Source of the DNA: Elusimicrobiota bacterium
Lineage (GTDB): Bacteria; Elusimicrobiota; Elusimicrobia; FEN-1173
Direction of reading: 5' to 3'
Assembly: GCA_035332125.1 (NCBI GenBank)
Contig: DAOQNO010000001.1
Location: forward strand, 1-33,185
DNA length: 33,185 nt
The notes under the pieces are model-generated. The model had not been told where the DNA came from, searched no databases, and saw nothing but the letters and a program-made list of their open reading frames with translations. The stretch's first letter is position 1; every line of letters starts with the position of its first letter. Made by a program: the position numbers and the translations under genes. Shown piece by piece: positions 22,964 to 30,062 of this stretch.

Positions 22964-23233
22964 TTTCCAGGGTCGTATTACAATGTATCCAAGAGTTCCC
23001 GGCTCACATCGTAATCGACAACGCATTGTTGGAGCCGGCGCCGGAAACCCGTCAATGGCGAGGGGTTCGATTCTTCGCCGGCGCGGGACGGTCCGCGGCG
23101 ACGCGCAAAACAACGCGCGCCGGGCGCGCCCGGCCGATCCGTCCAGGGCCTCTTCACCGGCCTCGAATTGACGGTGCCTTCCAGCGACGGTTCCAAAGCC
23201 CCGCACTCATCCTTGATGCATAGGAGGAAGCAC

Positions 23234-23971
23234 ATGAAGAGACTCACCACTCTGGGAGGAGCCCTCGCGGTCGCCGCGTTCGCCCTCTCCAGCGCGCAAG
23301 CAGGATCGGTGGACACCAAAACGGCCAACGTCTCCGTGACCATCGCGGGCGTCAACACCATCAGCCTGGCGATCAAGAACATGGACGGCACCGCCGCCAC
23401 CGAAATCGGGTTCGCCAATGTTGATCCGGGCGGGTCCACCTGGGCGGCCAAGGGCTCTCAATTCGTCCAACTGAGCGTCGTTGACAATATCAACACCGGC
23501 TGGGAACTGCGCAACTACACCGACAACTTCAACTTTGCCGGCGGCATCCTGCCCGACACGACCACCTGGGGTTACCAATACGGCGGTCTTCGGAACGTGG
23601 ATGTCAATGGCCAGCGCGCGGGCGTGGGGTGGATGGTTCTCCCCGACTCCGACGTGGCCAAGAACTTCCAGGGTCCCGACGCGGCCAACCCGGTGGACGG
23701 TGCGAGCAACGGCTACACCTTCCTCAAGGACCGAAGCGACCAAAACCCTCCGCTGGTCACCGATCAGTCCTTTGATGGATCGGGCGGCTACAAAAACGTG
23801 GCGTTCGGCAGCTTGACCGAAACCCGCATCGTTCGTCCCAACCGCCCCGGCGGCAACGACGTTCTGAGCGGGAAAACCGCGCCCTTCTTCTACTTCCTGG
23901 GCGGTGACTTCAAAGGCGTGGCCCCCGGTCATTACACGGCGACCATCACCTTTGAATTGATGAACCTCTAA
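23234..23971 (+). CDS. Small secreted beta-rich protein; candidate major structural subunit of a surface assembly (distant WxL-like pattern)
   Basis: ATG 23234 lies 5 nt after AGGAGG (23223-23228). The signal peptide is MKRLTTLGGALAVAAFALSSAQA|GS. The sequence is rich in Gly/Asn/Thr/aromatic residues, with motifs ISLAIKNMDGTAATEIGFANVDPGG, VVDNINTGWELRNYTDN and the C-terminal GHYTATITFELMNL. The ORF's maximal start, 23168, lacks an SD. Confidence 0.75.
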   Translation: MKRLTTLGGALAVAAFALSSAQAGSVDTKTANVSVTIAGVNTISLAIKNMDGTAATEIGFANVDPGGSTWAAKGSQFVQLSVVDNINTGWELRNYTDNFNFAGGILPDTTTWGYQYGGLRNVDVNGQRAGVGWMVLPDSDVAKNFQGPDAANPVDGASNGYTFLKDRSDQNPPLVTDQSFDGSGGYKNVAFGSLTETRIVRPNRPGGNDVLSGKTAPFFYFLGGDFKGVAPGHYTATITFELMNL

Positions 23972-23991
23972 AGCCACAAGCCCGGCGGCGA

Positions 23992-24013
23992 CCCGGGGGC
24001 TTCGGCCCCCGGG
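23992..24013 (+). other. Intercistronic GC hairpin with a UUCG tetraloop after the small-subunit gene
   Basis: cccgggggc (23992-24000), ttcg (24001-24004) and gcccccggg (24005-24013) form a perfect 9-bp stem. There is no U-tract. It lies between the stop at 23971 and ATG 24033. Confidence 0.5.
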
Positions 24014-24032
24014 CGCGCCCGCGGGGTGGCCT

Positions 24033-24854
24033 ATGCGGACATTCTCGTTCCTCGGCGCTTCCGCGCTGGCGCTTCTGCTTGCCCCGGTTCTCCGGGCCAA
24101 CACCTTTTTGGAGGTGCGGCCGGGGGTCGTGGAAGAGTCCGTTCCCGAGGGCAAGACGGCCAAAGGAAAATTGATCGTCCGCAACACCGGCGACACCGAA
24201 GTCCTCGTTGAAGTTGAAGTGCGGGACGAATGGGCCACGCGCACGGGCCTTCCGTCTCTTCCGCCCTCCGAATGGCTGGACCTGAAATATCCCCACCCCT
24301 TTGTTTTAAAACCCGGCGCCGCGAAAGAAGTGGGTTACACCGTCACGCCGCCGACCTCGTTTAACGGCGAAGCCATGGCCATGGTCGTTTTTGGCGGACC
24401 CACCTCCGCCGGCAGCGGCGGCACCGGATATCGATTTCGGCAAGGAATTCCCTTTTACATGTTGTCGACGACGACCGTTCAGGGCCAAATAGCCCTGGCC
24501 TCCCTTCAGGTGTATCTCAACGCGATCAAGCAGTTGGAATTTGCCGTGGAACTGAAAAACAATGGGCCCGTTCATGTCCGCGCTCAAGGGGCACTGAAAA
24601 TTTCAAACTCCCGCGGAGCGGAAATCGGCAACGCGCCGCTGGCCGGCGGCATACCGGTTTTCCCCACCAAGACGCAAAAATATTATGCGCGGGATCAAAA
24701 AAACAACTATTCCGAGGGACTTTACCGCGGCGAATTGAGCGTGGCCGGCGAGAAGGGTGAAATTCTTTTGGTCGGCGTGTGCGGTTTTCGTATCGATAAG
24801 AAAGGGCAAATCACCATTACCAGCCCTTTTGCGGAGAGACCCCGTGCGCCTTAG
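24033..24854 (+). CDS. Secreted two-domain Ig-like protein (PapD-like/DUF916-like chaperone or scaffold candidate)
   Basis: The signal peptide is MRTFSFLGASALALLLAPVLRA|NT. Domain 1 is FLEVRPGVVEESVPEGKTAKGKLIVRNTGDTEVLVEVEV...WLDLKYPHPFVLKPGAAKEVGYTVTPP. Domain 2 is LEFAVELKNNGPVHVRAQGALKISNSRGAEIG...PVFP. The 'L-x-V-x-N-x-G-x-x-x-V-x-V' strands are typical of Ig-fold periplasmic chaperone or adhesin-scaffold domains. Confidence 0.7.
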   Translation: MRTFSFLGASALALLLAPVLRANTFLEVRPGVVEESVPEGKTAKGKLIVRNTGDTEVLVEVEVRDEWATRTGLPSLPPSEWLDLKYPHPFVLKPGAAKEVGYTVTPPTSFNGEAMAMVVFGGPTSAGSGGTGYRFRQGIPFYMLSTTTVQGQIALASLQVYLNAIKQLEFAVELKNNGPVHVRAQGALKISNSRGAEIGNAPLAGGIPVFPTKTQKYYARDQKNNYSEGLYRGELSVAGEKGEILLVGVCGFRIDKKGQITITSPFAERPRAP

Positions 24855-25584
24855 CGCATCGTCTTTGATTTCAATCGGGTTCCCGGTGTTGGTGTTTTTT
24901 GCCGGCGGCCCGGCGCGCGCGCTGGATCTTAAGCCGGAATTGATTTTCCTCCGCGGGGAAGAAGGCGCCGCTGTTTCCACGACCATCGCGGTCGTCAACA
25001 ACTCCTCGGAAACAATCCGGGTCACGTTGGAGGCCCACGGGCCGGGCGAGGCGCCGGCGCCGTGGTTGTCCCTGAGTCCCCGGGCCCTGCGGGTGGCCGC
25101 GGGGGCCCGCCGTGTGGTCCGGCTGAAGGCCGTCGTTCCCAAGGCGGTCGGTGAAATGGGGGGCGAGGTTTGGGTTCGTCAGCGGGCCCCCGGAGAATTG
25201 ACCGAAACCCGGGTGGTGCGGCGCGTGGCCCTGCGCGTGGCCGGCACCGAGGTGTTTGAGGCCCAACTCAAAGACATCGAATCCGGGGTGGAAGGCAACG
25301 ACGTGGTGGTTCACGCGGTGTTGGTCAACACGGGCAACGTGACCCTTCGCGCCAAGTTGGTGGCCGATTTGGAACGAATGGACGGTCCCCTGGTTCGAGC
25401 GGTGACGGACCTGACCGGCCAACCCGTCGCCCCCGGGGAAAGTGTCCGGGCCCGGTTGGCCGCCCCCAAAGTCGGATGGTTTTGGACGGGGCGCGGGAAT
25501 CTCTCGGCCTATTACCGGGACGCCGACGGCAAAACCATCCAGATCCTTAAACCCATCGGGGAGGCGTCGCGTGGCACGCCGTGA
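24844..25584 (+). CDS. Secreted two-domain Ig-like protein, paralogue of 24033..24854
   Basis: GTG 24844 follows GGAGAG and overlaps the upstream gene by 11 nt. It yields the signal peptide MRLSASSLISIGFPVLVFFAGGPARA|LD. The two-domain logic is the same as in 24033..24854 (LIFLRGEEGAAVSTTIAVVNNSSETIRVTLEA...WLSLSPRALRVAAGARRVVRLKAVVP, then VVVHAVLVNTGNVTLRAKLVADL...). The ORF's maximal start is 24757. Confidence 0.7.
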   Translation: MRLSASSLISIGFPVLVFFAGGPARALDLKPELIFLRGEEGAAVSTTIAVVNNSSETIRVTLEAHGPGEAPAPWLSLSPRALRVAAGARRVVRLKAVVPKAVGEMGGEVWVRQRAPGELTETRVVRRVALRVAGTEVFEAQLKDIESGVEGNDVVVHAVLVNTGNVTLRAKLVADLERMDGPLVRAVTDLTGQPVAPGESVRARLAAPKVGWFWTGRGNLSAYYRDADGKTIQILKPIGEASRGTP

Positions 25585-27145
25585 CGGCTGGCTTCGCGCG
25601 GCGGTCGCGGGCGGCGCGACCCTCTTGTTGTCCGTTAACGCGGGCGCGTTGAATTTGAAAATCCGCAACGTGGCCGACGACGCCGCCGCCACGGGCGTGT
25701 CGTTCAGCTCGGCGTCGGGAGCGGCCAACCAGTACCACACCGGGCTCCAATACGTTGAAATCACCCACCCCGATTCCCACTTTCGAAAAGTGTATGTGTA
25801 CACCGATAACGGCGGCGCTTTCGGACAATCCAAGGAAGGGCTCATCAATTTGGACGACGCGGCCCAACCCGCCGTTCCCTTCTATTGGCGCAATTTCCCC
25901 GGCCGGCCCGACGACTTCGCGCCGGCCAACGAATGGGCCTGGACATTGATGCTGGAAAAATCCCTCCCCGAATTTTCGGTTCCCGCCACCAAGGACGCCC
26001 GGGCCCTCGTGACCCCGGACGCCGGCGGAATTTCCCGCGTGGCCCTGGCCTTTAAAACCCCGGCGGAAGTGGTGCGGGGTACCTACGTTTCCCGCCTCGT
26101 GCTGGAGGAGTCCAGCGACGTCGCCGACATCAACGGCCCCACGGTCGGCCACACGCCGTTCAACGACGTGATCCTGGTCAACATCCCCATCGGCGTCGAG
26201 TCGACGGCGGAAGACGACGGGTCCGTGGTGTCGTCCACCTTTTATTTCCGGCTCGACGGGACGGGGGCCTACCAGCCGCGGCCGACGGTGTTGACGCCGG
26301 ATCCGGTCAACCCCTTCAAATGGGTGGTCCAGACGACCCTGGCGCCGGGGGACGTCCACGCCGGATTCATGGACTATTATTTCGCTGCCCGGGACAATTT
26401 CGAAAACGAAACGATCACGCCCGTCTACCGGGCCAACCTGGTCCCCGAGGACGGGCCCGTGACGCGGACGATGTCGGCGGAGGGCGGCCTCACCACGGTG
26501 CCCGTGGGCGATCCCCTCCTGCCGGGCCTGACCATCGATTTCCCTCCCCGCAGCCTGAACGGCGACCAAACCATTCAGGTCACGCTCAAGCCCTCCACCC
26601 ATTACCCACCGGTGGAGGGCGGCGTTCCGTTGCGGGTCTTCGATCTGACGCCCGAAGGCCTTCGCTTCAGCCGGCCGGTCACCCTCAGCATTCCCTACCC
26701 CGACCAGGACCAGGACGGACGGGTGGACGGGAGCGGCGTCGACGAAACGCTGTTGCGGGTGTTTTGGTACGACGGCCACCTCTGGCGGTTCGTGGGCGGG
26801 CAGGTGGACCCGGTGGCCAACCGGGTGAGCGTGACGGTCTCCCACTTCAGCGTCTACAGCCTGGCCCCTCTGGCGACGACGTTGACCCCCGACATGGTCC
26901 GCCCCCAGGAAAAAATCATCACGCCCAACGGCGACGGACAAAACGATTTCGCCCAGTTCAACATCTCGGGCGAGTTCGACGTGGAATTTTTCGATTTGCG
27001 GGGCGAGCGGGTGCGGCGCCTCTCCGGCATCAACAGTTGGGACGGCCGGGACGACGACGGGAAGCTGGTTGAGACCGGAACGTATATTTACCGGTTGACG
27101 GGCCAAGGGCTGACGGTGACGGGCGCCCTGGCGGTGGCGCGTTGA
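25571..27145 (+). CDS. Secreted multidomain surface protein: N-domain paralogous to the small subunit, central Ig-like domains, and a C-terminal gliding-motility/T9SS type-B-like (CHU_C/FlgD-Ig) domain
   Basis: GTG 25571 lies 8 nt after GGGGAGG and overlaps the upstream gene by 14 nt. It gives the signal peptide MARRDGWLRAAVAGGATLLLSVNAGA|LN. The N-domain has LNLKIRNVADDAAATGVSF, YVYTDN and GTYVSRLVLEE. The central part has LLRVFWYDGHLWRFVGGQVDPVANRVSVTVSHFSVYSLAP. The CTD (~26908-27142) reads IITPNGDGQNDFAQFNISG..VEFFDLRGERVRRL..SWDGRDDDGKLVETGTYIYRL. Confidence 0.75.
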   Translation: MARRDGWLRAAVAGGATLLLSVNAGALNLKIRNVADDAAATGVSFSSASGAANQYHTGLQYVEITHPDSHFRKVYVYTDNGGAFGQSKEGLINLDDAAQPAVPFYWRNFPGRPDDFAPANEWAWTLMLEKSLPEFSVPATKDARALVTPDAGGISRVALAFKTPAEVVRGTYVSRLVLEESSDVADINGPTVGHTPFNDVILVNIPIGVESTAEDDGSVVSSTFYFRLDGTGAYQPRPTVLTPDPVNPFKWVVQTTLAPGDVHAGFMDYYFAARDNFENETITPVYRANLVPEDGPVTRTMSAEGGLTTVPVGDPLLPGLTIDFPPRSLNGDQTIQVTLKPSTHYPPVEGGVPLRVFDLTPEGLRFSRPVTLSIPYPDQDQDGRVDGSGVDETLLRVFWYDGHLWRFVGGQVDPVANRVSVTVSHFSVYSLAPLATTLTPDMVRPQEKIITPNGDGQNDFAQFNISGEFDVEFFDLRGERVRRLSGINSWDGRDDDGKLVETGTYIYRLTGQGLTVTGALAVAR

Positions 27146-27146
27146 T

Positions 27147-28073
27147 ATGAAATTCCATCTCCATCGAGTTTGGAAGCCGGCCGCGACGGCGATGTTGGCG
27201 TTGGTCGCCGGGTCCGCCGAGGCGGCTTTCCGGGATCCCCTTTGGTCGGCCCGGGCGGCGGCCCTGGGCGGCGCCTTCACGGCGCTGGGGGACGATCCCA
27301 CGGCGGCTTTTTACAATCCCGCGGCGACGACGGAATTGAAATCGCCGGCGGCCAATTTCACCTACGCCAAACTGTTCGCCGGGCTGGACGAGGTGAATGT
27401 GTCCTTAAGCGAGTTCGCCTATGTGCGGCCGCTCAAATCCTTTAACGTCCTGTCGGTCGGGTGGGGGAGCGTCAACGCCTCCGGTTTGCGCCGGGAAGAC
27501 ACCGTGACCCTCGGCGTGGCCCATCTGTTTCGCGATTTGGGCGACCTCGGAAACCTGTCTCTCGGTGTTTCGGGTCGGTGGTTGTCCCAGTCGTTCACGC
27601 TCGATAACCGTACCTCCAGCGACCCCGTTTTCCGGGACGGGCGCACGCGCAACGACTTCGCCTTGGACCTTCACGCCCACGTGACCGAGGTGGACGCCCT
27701 CTCCCGGAACCTCGCCCTGGGCGTTTCCCTGCGGGCGGTCAACCGTCCCGACATCGGGTTCGCCTCCAAAGACAAATTGCCCATGGAGGCGGTATTGGGC
27801 CTCGCCTACCGGTGGCGGAATTGCACGTTGCCCTTGGACATCGTTCAGCGGGGTTCCGACGTCACGCCCGAGGCGGGCCTGGAGGCCCGGTTTGCCGCCG
27901 ACCACCTGTCCCTCCGGTTCGGGAGCGACACGCACTCGCTCGGCACCGGCCTGGGCTACCGCTACGAACGTCCCAACGGGCTCGTGCTGTCTTTTGATTA
28001 CGCCTTCCTTTGGCCCCTCAACATTCAAGGGACCTCCGGGTCTCACCGGGCCACCCTGGGGGTGCGGTTTTGA
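27147..28073 (+). CDS. PorV/PorQ-like outer-membrane beta-barrel protein (second copy)
   Basis: The signal peptide is ...AMLALVAGSAEA|AF. The N-terminal signature is SARAAALGGAFTALGDDPTAAFYNPAA. Strand periodicity is visible throughout, and the C-terminal beta-signal ends in Phe (HRATLGVRF). The gene starts 2 nt after the CTD-protein gene. Confidence 0.75.
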   Translation: MKFHLHRVWKPAATAMLALVAGSAEAAFRDPLWSARAAALGGAFTALGDDPTAAFYNPAATTELKSPAANFTYAKLFAGLDEVNVSLSEFAYVRPLKSFNVLSVGWGSVNASGLRREDTVTLGVAHLFRDLGDLGNLSLGVSGRWLSQSFTLDNRTSSDPVFRDGRTRNDFALDLHAHVTEVDALSRNLALGVSLRAVNRPDIGFASKDKLPMEAVLGLAYRWRNCTLPLDIVQRGSDVTPEAGLEARFAADHLSLRFGSDTHSLGTGLGYRYERPNGLVLSFDYAFLWPLNIQGTSGSHRATLGVRF

Positions 28074-29260
28074 ACGTTCAACGAGGGGCGCTCTGGGGGG
28101 CGGCGATCGGGTCAATCCTTCTCGGCGGTCCGTCCCGAGCGGAACCCCAGTCGGTGGCGGTGCGCACCGTGGGCGTCGGGGTCGAGCTGGTGACCACCAT
28201 CGACCATTTTAACGACGGCGATGATTTGAACCTCTGCGGCGGTACCAACGGGACCTTCGCCGGGGGCGGCGCGACCCTGACCCGCACCTACGATTCGGGG
28301 GTTTTTCACGGCGCCAGCGGCCGTTCCGCCCGCCTGGACTACAACCTCCCGGCTCCGGGCGGATTCGGGGGGTTCGTCCTGCCGCTCGCCCCCGGCGGGG
28401 GGACGGTCAACCTGGCGTCCTACAAATCCCTCGGTTTTTGGGTTCGGGGGAACGGCGGACTTGAACACCTCAAAATCGAGTTGGACAACGCCTCCGCCGA
28501 TGGCGCGCGCAACCGGGCCGCGGTGTACCTCGGCGACTACGTCGACGGCGGTCCGACGACCCAATGGCGGCGGGTGATCATTCCCTTCGCCGCCTTTGGA
28601 AATCTGGACTCTTTCGCCAACGTGGGGTCCCTGGTGCTGGTGGTGGAACGGGACTACGCGGAGGCTTCGGGGTTCGATGCGGCCGGCACCCTTTACATCG
28701 ACGACGTCGCCCTGATGGCGACCGACCCCGCCTCGGCCCCGTTGGACAACTTTGCGGACAATTGGGATCGGCACGCCCTGGGCGGCCGATTGGGGGATTT
28801 CGGCAGCGTCACCAGCGTTTCCCACGCCTTTGTCCCCGGAACGTTTCACAACGCGGCGCGGGCGCTCAAAACCACCTACGACGTGACCGGCGCGGTGGGA
28901 TCGGATTTCGGCGGCCATTATTTCGCCCTGGGCGGCGGGGCGGACGGGCTCACGTCGCTCCCGGTCAATTTATCGGCTTTTCGTTACCTGAAATTCTGGG
29001 CCAAAGCCGGCGTCGAGGGCAATCCCGTCCGGTTCCGGGTGGAAATAAAATCCAACGCGGGGACGGCCAGCGCGCCGATCGGCGGCCTGACGGCCGCCTG
29101 GGAACCCTACGTCGTGGACATGAGCCTTTTTCCACCGGCCCAACTGGACAAAACGTCCATCAAAGAATTCACCATCGTTTTCGAAAAGGCCGTCGTTCAA
29201 TCCCAGGGCGGGGCTTTGCAGGGCGTGGTGTACTTCGACGAATTCGAATTGGCCCGCTGA
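28070..29260 (+). CDS. Secreted protein with 2 CBM-like beta-sandwich modules
   Basis: TTG 28070 overlaps the upstream TGA as TTGA and gives the leader M-NVQRGALWGAAIGSILLGGPSRA|EPQ. The ORF's maximal TTG 28010 would overlap the upstream gene by 64 nt. Modules: IDHFNDGDD...LGFWVRGNGGLEHLKIELDN...WRRVIIPFAAF...GTLYIDDVAL, and LDNFADNWDRHALGG...LKFWAKAG...FRVEIKS...WEPYVVDMSLF...IKEFTIVF...VVYFDEFEL. Confidence 0.8.
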   Translation: MNVQRGALWGAAIGSILLGGPSRAEPQSVAVRTVGVGVELVTTIDHFNDGDDLNLCGGTNGTFAGGGATLTRTYDSGVFHGASGRSARLDYNLPAPGGFGGFVLPLAPGGGTVNLASYKSLGFWVRGNGGLEHLKIELDNASADGARNRAAVYLGDYVDGGPTTQWRRVIIPFAAFGNLDSFANVGSLVLVVERDYAEASGFDAAGTLYIDDVALMATDPASAPLDNFADNWDRHALGGRLGDFGSVTSVSHAFVPGTFHNAARALKTTYDVTGAVGSDFGGHYFALGGGADGLTSLPVNLSAFRYLKFWAKAGVEGNPVRFRVEIKSNAGTASAPIGGLTAAWEPYVVDMSLFPPAQLDKTSIKEFTIVFEKAVVQSQGGALQGVVYFDEFELAR

Positions 29261-29269
29261 TCGCATCCC

Positions 29270-30037
29270 TTGAAAATCGCCACCTTCAACGCCAACTCCG
29301 TCCGCTCCCGTCTGCCCATCGTCTTGAAGTGGCTGAACGCCGAGCGCCCGGACGTCCTGGCCGTCCAGGAAACCAAGGTGATGGACGATCAATTTCCCCG
29401 GGCGGATTTTGAAAACGCGGGCTGGCACGCGGCCATTCGGGGCCAAAAATCCTACAACGGGGTCGCCTTCTTTTCCCGAAAACCCTTGGATTCCGTCGAC
29501 GCCACCTGGGACCCGTCGGGGTCCGGGGAGGCCCGAACGCTGGTGGGCCGGATGGGCGAATGGTTGTTGATCAATACCTACGTCCCCCAGGGGTTCGAGC
29601 CGGATTCCCCGAAATTCGAAAACAAACTGAAATTCTACGCGGGCTTGAAAAAGCTTTTCGCCAAGCACGTCCGGCCCGACGCGCCCGCGTTGTGGATGGG
29701 CGATTTAAACGTGGCGCCGACGGAAATCGATCTGTGGGACCCGAAACGGAACGCGGAACACGTTTGTTTCCATCCCAAGGCCCGGGCGGCCCTGGCCGCC
29801 GCCTGCGACGGTCTGTGGACGGATCTTTTTCGGGAAAAGGAAAAGGGCCCGGACCACTACACCTACTGGGACTATCTGATCCCGACCAATTTCTCCCGCA
29901 ATCGAGGGTGGCGCATCGACCACATGATGGGCACCCCGCCGGCGGTTCGGCGGCTCAAGAACATCTGGATCGACCGGGCGCCCCGGGGGTGGGAAAAACC
30001 CTCCGACCACACCTTCCTGGTCGCCGAATTCCACTGA
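29270..30037 (+). CDS. xth: Exodeoxyribonuclease III (AP endonuclease, EEP family)
   Basis: Its motifs are those of ExoIII: (M)KIATFNANSVRSRLPIVLKWL, PDVLAVQETK, GQKSYNGVAFFSRKP, WMGDLNVAP, RGWRIDHMM, PSDHTFLVAEF. The start is TTG. Confidence 0.92.
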   Translation: MKIATFNANSVRSRLPIVLKWLNAERPDVLAVQETKVMDDQFPRADFENAGWHAAIRGQKSYNGVAFFSRKPLDSVDATWDPSGSGEARTLVGRMGEWLLINTYVPQGFEPDSPKFENKLKFYAGLKKLFAKHVRPDAPALWMGDLNVAPTEIDLWDPKRNAEHVCFHPKARAALAAACDGLWTDLFREKEKGPDHYTYWDYLIPTNFSRNRGWRIDHMMGTPPAVRRLKNIWIDRAPRGWEKPSDHTFLVAEFH

Positions 30038-30062
30038 CCGCGCCGTCGGCGCCCTTCCGCCC

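Noticed and set aside
22917-23451. Small ORFs in the intergenic region (22917..23171 +, 22943..23206 -, 22978..23451 -, 23026..23223 +)
   Set aside because: They have no SD, are Arg-rich with low complexity, and span the terminator, palindrome and leader elements. The region is better explained as regulatory or leader RNA.
23234-28073. Classical chaperone-usher pilus operon
   Set aside because: There is no usher-sized (~800 aa) barrel. The only barrel is ~300 aa and PorV/PorQ-like, and the subunits lack an obvious donor-strand N-terminal extension motif that I can recognise. I kept only the looser description of an Ig-like chaperone/scaffold.
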